Shown here one piece after another: positions 13,673-27,010 of a DNA stretch of 64,000 nt; the first letter of the stretch is position 1, and each line of letters opens with the position of its first letter. The stretch lies in the NCBI RefSeq assembly GCF_009914755.1, contig NC_060926.1; one strand, 5' to 3'. The notes below the pieces were generated by a model, which saw only the letters and a list, made by a program, of their open reading frames with translations, was not told the origin of the DNA and did not search any database. The stretch comes from the human T2T-CHM13v2.0 reference genome, Homo sapiens. A program made the position numbers and the translations under genes.

Positions 13673-15894
13673 GCTGAGCAGCTGGGATTTGACTCAAGCA
13701 GTCCAGCTCCAGCACGTGGCCTCCGACCATCACGCCATGCTCTCTCATGTGGTTACTTTTCACAGGTGTCAGCAAAATGCCTGCTCAATGATCTGAGATT
13801 TTTTTTCACAAATCATCACAGAGCTGAAATGCTCATTTTTCTGTGCTGCTACTCTGTCCATGTTCCAGAAAGGCAGCACATTAAGTCTACACCACATCAC
13901 GTATCCCCTGACAGATGGAGAGAATATCAGCAAATCAGATTGCTTTCTAAAGAAAACAGAATCCAACTTTGCAAATGTTTAAAGCTTGCATATTTTCAAA
14001 ATTTCAAGCAAAAGTAGAAAACCTCATTACCTCAGATCACGGTTGACAAAACTACCATTGACAAAGAATTATCCTACATGCAATGAAAACCCAATATAAG
14101 ACAGTGAGTGATTGTCCAAAACGTGGGTGTTAGGTCACTACCCAGACAACAGCAGAGTTGACGGTTCTACCCTAGCTCTCTTTTGATGAGGGAAAACATT
14201 ATTTTTAAATGAAGCCTGCCACTTCAGTGTAGAAAACATAAAGATGTGGACAGTCACCATTGTCATTTAAAGGGTGAGCTGTATTTCTTCTGAAGTAAAG
14301 TGATGAGTCCAGGCAGTACACTCACTCTATCAGATATGATTTGAAAAGCTGAAAAATAAACCTCTGACAATAAGATTTTAGGACAGAAATGCTGCCAGGG
14401 CTCGAAGTACATTTCAGAAGAATAAAAAGAAAGTAAATGATGCCAAAGGCCAGACAAACAAAAGGAAAATTCCTACTTCGTTTGTTCTCATGAAATGCCA
14501 CAGAAAAATAATCTGTTAGGCAGCTCTTCTGGAGTCCAAGTTCTTGCGCTGTGCTCATCTCTTCTTTCTGTTAAAGCTCGGTGCTTTGCAAGCTGTCGTT
14601 AAATTGCTTACACGGATGGACGGGGCCAAGATGGTTTTCAGTCTAAAGCCAGTGAGAGTCTCAAGGCAGATTCTGAAGGCCTTGAACCACCTGAGCCTGG
14701 CCAGATGGATTCTTCCTTTCACTGTTGTGACCATTGCTTTGGTGTCAGAACCCTATGGGAGAGCTGAGTCCATGACCAGAATCCTCATGCCTTTCACAAC
14801 TCCAATTAGCCAAGAGCATGGCACGGAGCAGAGGTGCTGGTGAGAGAAAACAACACATAGGTGAAAAGCCTCTGGATTAGGCATTTCAAACAAGAGGCAT
14901 TCATTTTGCCCGACACCCAGAGTTGCCCCATAAACAAGCCAGAAACTCAACCAGGCGATGACGGAACAAGGAATGGATGAGTGACAAACTGGGCTGTTGA
15001 TTCTGTTGTAACTGAGGCTTGACTGTATTAACAAGCATGCAGTGATTAAACAGACCAGCACCAGAATTTTAGCAGCTACCTTGAAGCCTGCTGACTGACA
15101 CTGTCCCTGGAGCCCCTGTTATAATGAGGTCCTTCTGATAACTTACTCCCTTGGATAGAGTCCAAGACAGACACGTGCCCTGTGGAATTCCACACTGTAA
15201 CCAACCATACTTCAGAGAGATTCCAGAATAATGATGGTATTGCTTATTTAGGCTGAAGGTTATCTGTTCCTCCTCCTCCAGATCCCTGCCAGCCAAGGGA
15301 AGAGCATCTCATTGGTGTCAGATGACAAGGGTCTTGTTCCCTTTACTGGAATAAGCTTTTTATGTCATACAGACTCTGGAAGTCCTGAAAAGCCATCTGT
15401 CTTGGCCTTTACTTTAGGAAAGAAAGTATCATAACCTGCCACAGCAGTGGGGACAGCTGGAGCCAGGGGTTACTATTCGCCCTTGTTACTATTCATGGAG
15501 GCTCTTAGGGAAATGACCAAAAAGCTCTTTATGGCTCTTGCAATTAATCCTGAAATTCTGGTTGTCACTTGTGGGTAGAAACATATGGTTTACAAATGGG
15601 TTGATGATTATTATTTCAAGGAAAAACTAAAACATTATAATGAGAGTTATAACATAATGGTGGGACAGTATAAATAGGGAGAGAATTTGTAGTGTTTTCT
15701 TGTTCGTTTTGTTACATGAATAGACAGCTAGGGGAAAATGGCATTCTATGGGGAACTGATGGGATTTATTTAATATTTATTTAAATAAATTTATTTATTT
15801 ATTTATTTAGACACCTCTTTTTTCCCGTCTAAGTTATAAACTAATTAAGAGATGGACAAAGAATAAGGTAAAGGAAGGTCAAAATATTACCTTG

Positions 15895-16200
15895 GGCAGG
15901 GTGCAGTGTCTCACACCTGTAATCCCAGCACTTTGGGAGGCCAAGGCAGGAGGATCACTTGAGTTCAGGAGTTCAAAATAGCAACATAAGAAGAATCTGT
16001 CTCTCCAAAAAAGAAAAAGAAAAGAAAAAAAGGAGGTGAGGTGGCACATACCTCTAGTCCCAGCTACATGGGAGGCTAGGGTGGGAGGATCACCTAAGCC
16101 CAGGAGGTCAAGGCTGCAGTGAGCTGTGATCACACCACTACACTGCAGCCTGGGTGACAGAGTAAGACCGTTCCTCAAAAAAATAAAAATAAAAATAAAA
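15895..16200 (+). mobile_element. AluJ
   Basis: Forward Alu with J diagnostics (aggtcaaggctgcagtgagctgtgat); TSD aaaa(t)attacct. Confidence 0.9.
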
Positions 16201-16879
16201 ATTACCTCAGTTCGTGAGAACAGCAAAGATGTGTGGCATGACTAACTCCATTCCCTGGAATTAGGAAATATCACCACACTTATGATCAATCTTACAAAAC
16301 TTAAGCCTTCCCACTCAGGGAGGGCCACATAGACATGAGAAAGTAGAGCAGAATGTGGTTGTTTTCCAGGGGAAGCTGGCTTCTAATGAGAAGGGAGGGA
16401 GGGAGGGCCTGGGCTTCCTGTGCAGATTCATTTCCCTTGGTTACCAGCAGGTCACTCACCCCACCTCCGTGGGCATTAGCCATGAGGCAAGAAGTAAGAG
16501 GAGTTTAGAAAAAAATCCTTGTTTCTGGAAACCAGAGAGGAGGGAGACAGGGTTCACTCAATGAGTAGGAACTTCAATGGTTAAATGTGTCTTCTTGTAA
16601 CAAACATCCATGTAACTATTTGAGGCCAGAATGAATTCTTCCTGGTGTTTCTTTAGGTGATTTCTCCAAGGGAGGCCTGTGGTATGCAGGGGATTTTTAC
16701 CAAGACCAGCGTTCTCATGAGTCCAGAGGCTCATCTGCCCTTAGAGGATTGGAAGATTTGCATCCACTTCCACAAGCTGCTAGCCTAATCCTCTAAGGTT
16801 CAAATCTGCCAGGGATCCATACCATGAAGGCAGTCCTCCTGAGTTTGCTTTGGAGTCTGACACTTTTCATTATGGACAT

Positions 16880-17058
16880 CAGTGATTGACACCCTGATTG
16901 TACTTAGAATCACCCAGAGGGAGCTTTTAAAAAGTATTGGTACCCAGGCCCCTCCTCAAACTGAGAAAACTGAGGACTCTGTGGGTGAGCCTGGACATGG
17001 ATGGCTTCACCAAGCTCTCCAGATGAGTCTAACGTGCACCCTGGCTTGAGAAGCATGG
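16880..17058. mobile_element. MER5A-type DNA transposon relic
   Basis: ttagaatcacc...gggagcttttaaaaa...cccaggccc...aagctctccagatgagtctaacgtgca...ttgagaa. Confidence 0.7.
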
Positions 17059-19194
17059 AGTGGCAGTCACAGAAGCCCAGGTTGGCAGCTGTCTCAGGCA
17101 GGAAATGTAGAATGGCAGTTAAAACTGTTAGCCCTAGAGAAGAATCCTGATCCCATTCCTTACTGAGTGTTTGTTAAGTTACTTAAACATTCTTAGTCTC
17201 CCCAGGGTGACCAAGGCCATCCGTAAAAGGAAATCCACTCCAGTAAGTGAGTTGAAGCCTTGGTCTTCATCATTTATGATGGTCAACCGAGAAGGTTCCT
17301 TGTGTTTGATGCCACCCTTCATGTCTGTTGCAAATGGCAATGAGCCAGAACTCTGCCATGCAGATGCTTGGGTTATGCCCATGCCAGAGAGTCCATTGTG
17401 GCTCAGGATCAATCAAAACAGAAAGTACCATCCTAAAGTCAGTGTCTGGATTTTCCCCGTCAAAACATTCAACTCCCATGGTATATATTTTTTTGCTTAT
17501 TCAATTCATATTTTGAATTCATATTATGAATTAGTCGAATTTTTAGATATGCTTAGTTGTTGGTCCATGTCACAGCTATCTAGCCTGTAAGGACCATTTC
17601 TTCTTGCTCTTATCTTGAGAAAATCACACACTGGTGCTTAGTTAATAAATAGTTCTTGATTATGGAAATAATTATGGCCTTGGAAGAATTCTGTTTATAT
17701 AAGCAAGAACTCTTAGGTCTTAATCTTGCAACTGAAAGGGATCATAGAGACCCAGGTCTTCAAGTTGAAGGGAAACTTGCCGAGGGCCACACAGGCACTC
17801 AGAGGCAGGCCCAGATTTGACTGTTCTCTCTCCAAGTCCATTTTTCTTCCAACTTTATCATGTTGCCTCCCTATACAACCCTCTAAACTACTTCTCTCTC
17901 TTTTCTAAATCCATTTTTTTTCTGATTTCTCTTTCTGCCACAAATGTTCCGAATTTATGAAGAAAGAAAATGGAGAAAAGATTTGAGTAGACATTTCTGG
18001 TTTCCATGCTTGGATTGCTTCGGAGGATTAGTTTTACTGTTCCAGCTTGTTTCTTTATCAGTTTAAAGGGCAAAACAACTTCCACCCTTTTGAGGCAGCA
18101 AGAGGTCAGTCCTCTGCCATCCTCCCCCACGGCCAGGCAGAGCCAACTGCAGCCCATGGGTACCTTCCACCGCCTTCTTCCCTGGGATGGAGCCAGACAG
18201 ACCTGCAGAGGGGCGACCACTCAGCTTGGGCAGCCAAGGCAATACCTGTCATCACTGTAATGGGCTTGAAGCCCAGTGTCCTTCACTGCCAGCCTTGATG
18301 GCTTTAGCTGTGAAAACTCTCCTGACAAAGGAGGCTCTCACAGGCTCCAGTCATGGGAGCCCTACAGCCAGGATTTCAGGAAACTAGGGTGGAATGGGCA
18401 GAACAAGAGTTTGTCCAACAACTGAACAGGACAGGAGGTTCCCACTGCTTGGAAATCTATTTGTGTGTTCCAGAGATGTGCAGAACAAAGACCTACACAT
18501 GGTTATTTTGGCAAGAACAGGAAGGTTTAGATTATCCTTTTCCACCCCGTGAAAGTGGCCACCTAAGATGTGAGTGTTGAAGGAACATCTGTTTTAACAC
18601 TAACAGAGCCTCAGTGAGGGTCTCACCGTGGTCTTCACTTCACAGACATAGCACAAGCAATAAGAAAGCTGCAGCTGTCGGATGCACACACAGTTAAAGG
18701 CTTTGCCTCTCCTTTTTATCTCAGTGTTTCCAACATGACAGTGAGCACCGCGTGTTCTCCAATGGGCTCTGCTCCTTTCTGCTCCCACCAGCAGCTCTGA
18801 AGTATCATGTAAGACCACATGTTGCCTCCTTAAGGTGATTTTTGGAGAGGGAATTTGGGAAATGACAAAATCAAAATATCCAGCATGAGCCTTTGCACAT
18901 CGTTCATGCATTGGGTGCATGAGATGATAGAATTGGATCTGGAGGCATATGCTATGTGTAGAACAGCTTTCCCCATCTGGAGCCCAGGTGTGCAGGTTCA
19001 CCCCTGAGTCCCAGACATCGGTATCAGTGAGTAGTGAGAGCAAGACAAATCCATCTCACCTACCCTTGTTCCACAGAAATGATTTTACCCCTTGAGGTAC
19101 AAGGTCAAGCTCTAATTTTATTTGTAGATCAAGTTTCACAATAATTGATCATTTGAACATGCTAAGAAAGATGGGATTTTGTAACTCATTGTTG

Positions 19195-19460
19195 AAAGGC
19201 AATGTGGCATAATGGTTAAGAGTTTGCATTCTGAAATTAGAGAAACTAATTCTGAAATTACAAATTTGTTCTCTTTGTGACCTTAGGAAAGTAATGCAAT
19301 TTGTCCAAACTTCAGTTTCTTCATCTATAAAATAAAGATAATTATAATTCCTACCTAGAAGTATTGGTGTAGTTATGAAGAAGGAGACCACTTGTGAAAA
19401 ACATAAAATACTACAAGGCCACTCGCGTCACAAAGATGCAATTCACTGGTTACTATCATT
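19195..19460 (+). mobile_element. MIR
   Basis: ggcataatggttaagag...tgtgaccttagg...cagtttcttcatctataaaat. Confidence 0.75.
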
Positions 19461-20215
19461 ACTATCAATTTTAGAGGCACAGACTTCCTTCTAAATAAGA
19501 CTCCTTTCCAAACACGTACATCTAGAGCCATTCATTCTATCTTCTCCCACTGTTAGAATGTCCTTATCTTAAGCCAAAATCTCACTACCCTTGTTTTCTG
19601 GCCTTTTAATTTGTACCTACTTTTTGAAACCGCATGGAAAAACTCAAATCCCTTTTTGTAAAGGCAGTGACTGGGCCACTGTTTTGCACAGCTCAAAGGG
19701 ACACAGTTCACACTGTAATCTGTGTCAATGGCACCCCCTGGTGTCCACCCCACTGGAGAGGTAAATAGGGAGGATAGAAGGGAAGAAGGGAAGGGTTGTA
19801 GAGAGGCTGGACATACTCTTTTCCATGAAAATCCCTGGTGAAGTAAGGATCGCACCAGTGTACTACCTTCCCCAAACAAAGCAGCTACAACTCTACCAAC
19901 ACTTCTTCATAGGACATGATCTCACATCAGAGCCCATTGTGCTTTGACCACGTTTTTCTTAAAGTGAGGTGCTCAGAGCTAAGTCAACATTCCAGGTGAG
20001 ACAAGACCAGGGCCCAGGAGAGCAGAATTCAACCTCCTTCATTTTTCTGTATACCATAATTAGGATGCCACTGTGATACAAGACAATCTTAGTACTGAAT
20101 TCCTAGAGCAATTATTTTCTGAGCAACAGGCTTGGTTTTTAATCATACATTGTCCTATAATATCACTTCACTTGTCATGAATTGTTACCCATTTCACTTT
20201 ATATAAGTGAACTAT

Positions 20216-20241
20216 ATGTGTGTGTGTGTGTGTGTGTGTGT
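20216..20241. repeat. (TG)n microsatellite
   Basis: About 12 TG units. Confidence 0.9.
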
Positions 20242-20906
20242 TTCTTCATACTGTCTATGTTGGGAGTTCCCTGAAATATATGTTTTTACACATTTTAATG
20301 ACTCCTGTTAAATCTAGCACGTTTCTGGGACCATAAAAATGAATCTAATTCGAATATTTAGGGAGAACCAAAGCAAAGGGACAGCATTTATTAAAATGTA
20401 AAATGGCCACTGTGGAAATGGAGTCAAGCTATTCTGTGCACACAGTGTTCCTGGGATAAAGCACGATAGAAGAAATGGCGGTAAGTTCTTATTTGGTCAA
20501 TGAATCATAATTCCCCAAAAGACAAGCATGATGCTTATGGCAGCCCTTAGTAATAATTCTTCATGTGTGGTTTTCTTGCTCATATTTTCTATGTATGCAG
20601 GATTTCCAACTACACTCTGTGGAGCCCGTGGGGTTCTGAAGGGATGCTCCCAGGATGTGTGGGAGGGGCAGGAAGAGCAAGAGTGGAGGGCGGGGCTCCT
20701 CTCAGCCTTCAGTTTCCCCTAGAGCTGTCAGCCTTTCCCTGTTGTATGTATTGGCCCTCCCTGTAATATTTCCTTTGGGAATAAAAAGTTTAGAAACCAT
20801 AAGTTAAGCCACACACTGGTCACCTCAGACTGGCAGGGAGTATGATCACTTTCATGTTTCGTCTCACAAAATGGATTTCTAGGTGAAGTATATTTAAAAA
20901 GAAGGT

Positions 20907-21266
<360 letters not shown>

Positions 21267-21492
21267 TTAAAGAGAAAGCGACCACACCATCATCACCATC
21301 ACCCTCTCTATCCCTGTCAAGCCCCAGACACACACAGTGGAAATGGAATTCAGAGCTAGAGTAAACCCAAGGTCTTGACGGACACTTTCGAAACAGCACT
21401 GCAGGTTTGTGATTTCCTTCAGATTTGGAGAGAGTCCCTTGATAACTCCTACCCTCATCTTCTGTTTTGATGGCAGAAAAAAGGGCACTATC

Positions 21493-21810
21493 TGTCTTTG
21501 TTTTGTGTTGCTATAACAGAATACCACAGTCTGGGTAATTTATAAAGAAAATTTATTTCTCACAGTTTCAGAGGCTGGGAAGTCCAATATCAAGGTGCCA
21601 GCACCTGGCAAAGGCCTTCTTGTGGTGTCATAATCTGAGAGAAGGCATCTTATGGCGAGAGAGAGGGAGCGTGCCAGCCCAAGTCTGTCTTCCTCGTCTT
21701 ATAAAGCCACTAATCCCATCATGGGCCCCCACTCACGTGACCTCATCTAACCCTAATCACCTCCCCCAAAGGCCCCACCACCAAGTACCAGCAACATAAT
21801 TTGGAGATTA
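21493..21810 (-). mobile_element. MaLR LTR (MST/MLT1A-like)
   Basis: ttgctataacagaataccacagtctgggtaatttataaag...aggctgggaagtccaatatcaaggtgcc...cctaatcacctccc. Confidence 0.8.
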
Positions 21811-21988
21811 TGTTGACTGTTTCCTTTCTCCACCTCTCAGCTTGATTCTCAGAGTTCCATGTGATTGGAGAGGCCAGGGTGGGGCACTCTGACATCCATC
21901 TTGACCAGTACATTGTAGCTGTGCTGGACAGACCTCCTTTAAGAATAACACTTTTCATAAGGATTATTGCTAAAACCAAACTTCTCAT

Positions 21989-22411
21989 CTTTTTTTTTTT
22001 TTAAGAGACAGAGTCTCGCTCTGTCACCACGATCTCGGCTCACTGCAACCTCCGCTTCCCAGGTTCAAGCAATTCTCCTGACTCAGCCTCCCTAGTAACC
22101 AGGACTACAGGCGCACACCGCCATGCCCTTTTTTTGAGATGGGGTCTGTCACCCAGACTGGAGTGCAGTAGCGCAATTTTGGCTTACTGCAACCTCCACC
22201 TCCCAGGTTCAAGGGATTCTTCTGCCTCAGCCTCCTGAGTAGCTAGGATTATAGGCATGCACCACCACGCCCGGCTAATTTTTGTATTTTTAGTAGAGAT
22301 GGGGTTTCACTGTGTTGCCCAGGCTGGTCTCGAACTCCTGAGCTCAGGCAATCTGCCCACCTCGGCCTCCCAAAGTGTTAGGATTACAGGTATGAGCCAC
22401 CGCGCCCGGCC
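21989..22411 (-). mobile_element. Composite Alu: extra right arm (21989-22128) abutting a full AluS (22129-22411)
   Basis: Two successive poly-T plus right-arm segments, then one left arm ending cgcgcccggcc. Confidence 0.85.
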
Positions 22412-23017
22412 GCTTCTCTTCATTTTTATGTGCAATAAATATTTAGAAATATCTTCTCTTAACTCTGTGGATCCATTGTTTCTTTATCTGCAAAATGAAG
22501 TTAATAATATCTTTCATAGTGGGCACTTGTGGTAATTAAATGAAGAAGAATGACAAAAGAGTTCGGAGAAACCTGGAATAAAGTGGGAAAGAGATAGCAG
22601 TGAAAATCTATTGGCAGTTGGCTAAGATGGTGACCCAAACCCTAGAGCACTAGGAAGGAGAAGGATGGAGACCACCACAAGTGATGCAAATGTCACTGAT
22701 CTAGAAAAAGGAGTACTGTTAGGATGTTATCACTCCCCTCACACTGTGAAATCCCAGAAAAAAAAATCTTAACTATGTTCAACATAAGAATTTAACTAAA
22801 ACATAATGGACTATTTCCATTTTTCTTTACTTTCAGTGCTGTAAATAAAATCATCTGGTGGCCAGTAAGTATGTACAAGCTTTCTTCCTACTCTGTGTTA
22901 GCAGTATTTAGTATACCAAAAGTGAGAAGCTTTTCATATTGGAGGATTCTATCCAATTTGATATTTTCAATTACATTTAAGAGTACTCACATGCATCGTC
23001 TCCTATCTGTGGTGCAA

Positions 23018-23318
23018 TTTTTTTTTTTTTTTTTTTTTGAGACGGAGTCTCGCTCTGTCACCCAGGCTGGACTGCAGTGGCGCTATCTCAGCTCACTGCA
23101 AGCTCCGCCTTCTGGGTTCACGGCATTCTCCTGCCTCAACCTCCTGAGTAGCTGGGACTACAGGCACCCGCCACATGCCCAGCTAATTTTTTGTATTTTT
23201 AGTAAAGACGGGGTTTCACCATGTTAGCCAGGATGGTCTACATCTCCTGACCCCATGATCTGCCCATCTCGGCCTCCCAAAGTGCTGGGAGTACAGGCGT
23301 GAGCCACTGCGCCTGGCC
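23018..23318 (-). mobile_element. AluY
   Basis: Reverse Alu with Y diagnostics; TSD tgtggtgc at 23008-23015 and 23319-23326. Confidence 0.92.
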
Positions 23319-26107
23319 TGTGGTGCTGTTAGTTACAGAGTTGAGTTAAAATACAATGACCTACAAGCTAGTTGGGCCTTTTTATATCTCTGCAACTAAT
23401 CCCTGCAACTAATTCTCATGAGTAACCATCCTACTGTGCCAGAGGATTGTGCGAGGACTGGGGAAGGGAAATCTTTTATTGCAAAGGTCTTTGGATTCAA
23501 AACAGTGTCTTGAAGTTTAAAATGATTTTTTAGGGTAACCTGAGTATCTTTGGGAAAATGTTTAATCATTTAGATTCTCCTCCCAACCAAGATGACATCT
23601 GGCTGAAGAGAGAAACTCATGTATCCTCACAGTGACAGGGAACAGAGTTTACCAGCTGGGTTTCTGACCCAATATGGTCCGCAAGGTCTGTACCCTGGGC
23701 ACCTGTCTGAAATACGTGGCCAAAGTTCATGGCCAGTAAAACTCATGGTCTGCTCTTTGCTGGCTCCAGCTGCCGGTCACTTCAAATGGTCTGTCTGGGT
23801 GTTGGTGGCATCTAATTGCTGGCTCTATCATGCAGAATGTTCACTGGTCTTTGGACAACTAGCTAGACAGCCACCGCAGAGCTTCCTGGTACTACAGAAG
23901 CATGACCTTCTCCATCCCCAATACCTAGATAGGGTCTACTTCAGGCCGTTGTCGGGGGCTCTTTATCTCCATGGAGCAGCTGTCCCTGGGGATGGTAGAA
24001 TCTTGTCTAGGCCCCAGGAAACCTAGGAATTGCCACATTAACCTCATTTTTGAAGAAAATATATGCCCTATCCCAGATCATTATGCTACTACCTTGCCTT
24101 TGCCAATTACTACCTAAGAGATGTCAATGCAGGAATTCTTCAGAGACTTAACATCTTTACTGTCTCTTCTCAGGGAAACCTCTCTGCTTTAGATTCCTTT
24201 AATGGTATTTTACTTCTTAGAATCCTTTCTGGAGTTTCAATTCTTCTTCCTGTCTACATAACTCCCTTTTCCTTCCTGAGGCAGCATTTACTTTTTTCCT
24301 GCTCTAAGGTCATAATGGTAGCAAGAAATCATCAAAGAAAAACACAGCAGGAAGTATTTTAAAATTATCCTTTTTACACATAATTTAACTAATTTAATCT
24401 CTGTGATAGCTTTGCAGGGTTCTTTTCGCAGAAGACACTGAGGTTCAAAGAGGTTATATCACTTCCTTATGTGATTTAACCAAGATCAATAGCAAATCTG
24501 GTGTTCCACTATGGCAAACCACCTCCCAAGGACCTGGCAGGGGACAGACACTGCTGAGCTGTTTTCCATTCACAAGGAACTGCTTTTCTGCCTGGGTAAC
24601 CCCAGTACATAGATCTGATTTGCCTTTCATGCTCCATACCTTCTCCTTTCCCCCACAAATGCAATGCAGGAGAGGAGAGTTACATGGCCTTTCAAGGTGT
24701 TTGGCCAGGAAGTCACTTAATAAAGAATTAACACATCATCACTGCAAAGTGGTTTCTGCATGAAAACAAAGGAGATGCTCATTTGTCACCACTCCCTTCT
24801 GAGCCAGCTAGGGACTATCAGGAGGTGATGAGTTTGCAATAAACAGCAGAAGGTGAGCACCAAGCCTTTTTCAAACAACTCCAAATATTTGGCTGAAACC
24901 CAGAACACATGATTCTTTGTCCATCAGGATTCTCTCCTACACGGTTTTCCAGAGAAGGATGAAATTCCTTAGGTCATGTTATAAACATTCATCTTCTAAA
25001 TCACGCCTCTAATAGAAAGAACAGAAGACAGAGCATGTGCTGTAAGTCATTCGCCTGCTGAATGTGCTCTGCACAGGGTGATGTAACATGTGGGGTCAGC
25101 CCCTGCGTCAACGACCAAATACACAAGTGTAACGAGATGGGGGGAACAAGACAGACTCCACATGGCCAGCCTGGGGGAGGGCGGGTGTTCCCCTGAGAGG
25201 AGAGTCTTGGAAAAGGCTTGCTGGGGAGGAGCTGAGGAGACACAGATTCACTAGGCTTTGCAGTGGTCTAGGACAGAGACGGGAATAAACACATGGGCGA
25301 GAGGTAGCGCTTGGGCACCAGGGAGGAGAGGATAGCTGGGGGAGGAGGGGGAGTCAAGTGATTTTTTGGCCAGTCTAGAAGATGGATACAGTTAGTCTAG
25401 AAGCAGTCCAAAGCTAAGGCCTCCAATTCTTTCTGGTTTCCCAAAATCTTCCTCTCTCATCATCTCCTTATTTTCCTTTGCACCCAAAGGAATAAAGTTC
25501 TTACCCTACTGGAAAAGCAGGCAGCACAACTGGTTTCTGTCCCCATCTCTCATCAATCTTCTTCTCTAGTTGGTAAATGCTTTAGCTTTCTTAGTCCTGT
25601 CAACGAGCCAAGCAATCTATACATTGACTCTTAGACCTGCGTTTCCCAGCACCCTTGCAGGAACTGGCCCTAGATGACCCTGCCTGAATAACTGATAAAC
25701 TGTAATTGGCCTCACTTTCGTTAGCCCCACAGCCCCCTTCCCTAAGTTCATAGCCTCTCTTATCTATGCTGCTTAATTCAAGCATCCCAACCCTGTGAGG
25801 CAGCCCTACTGCAGCACTGGGCAAGGAATCTGAAGGCCTAGGTTCAAGTATTGGTTCTGCTTCTAATTAGCTGGGTGGCCAAGAGTATTTATAATAATGA
25901 TAAGGATGTCTACCATCAAATCAGCGATTAGTAGATAAGGTCCTCTGCTAAGCAATTAAGTAAGAGTTACCGTATTAGAAAATGATTATCACAATTTCTA
26001 AATTATCTAGTAACTGGAAGCATTGGTACCTCTTTAACTTTTTTCTCCCCACGGTTATTAAATTTGAAAACAAAACAACAGTAATAAACCCATAAAACTG
26101 AAAGGCT

Positions 26108-26438
<331 letters not shown>

Positions 26439-26779
26439 AAACTGAAAGGCTGATCCTGATTCCCAGGATGAAAGTGAGGAGAAGAAAGGTTTTGTGGCAT
26501 CTCCTTCAGTGGAATCCAAGTTGGAAAATAGGTGGGAGTAATGGGAAAAGGGAGATGGTTAAATCCCTGGGACGTTCAGGGACAGGAAGGAAGAAAGCAG
26601 GATGCTGTCCTGGGCAACATTTGTCCATCCGTGCCTTGAGCAAAGGCTGCTCACCTTGGCACTGCTAAATAATCAGTGTTCTGCACTCTCAAGTCTCAAC
26701 CCTGGTACTCATCCCCTAGGTAACCACGAGAAGCTACCTCGCCTTGAAGAGTTTCATGTCCTGCTTGGTAAGATTGGCA

Positions 26780-27010
26780 ATGGTCAGATACCAAACTCAG
26801 AGGATACAACCAGGGTTCAGGCTCCTTCTCCCTGACAGACAAGCTGTCTGTGACCTTGGGTGAATCACTGAATAGGGTCTGAGTTCACTGTCTCACCTGA
26901 AATAGAAATACTGACGCCTGCCCTACCTTCCAGAGCGTCACAAGGGTCCATGCGATGATGCTGGGGCCAGTCTTTGTGAACCTTGAAGACACGTTTATGA
27001 AGTGAAGGGG
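26780..27010 (+). mobile_element. MIR
   Basis: cagggttc...ctgtgaccttgggtgaatcactg...tctcacctgaaatagaaata...cctacctt. Confidence 0.6.

Noticed and set aside
25170-25355. G-quadruplex candidates (also ~37021-37035 and ~56558-56573)
   Set aside because: Mostly three G-runs or long loops, which is unremarkable in human DNA.
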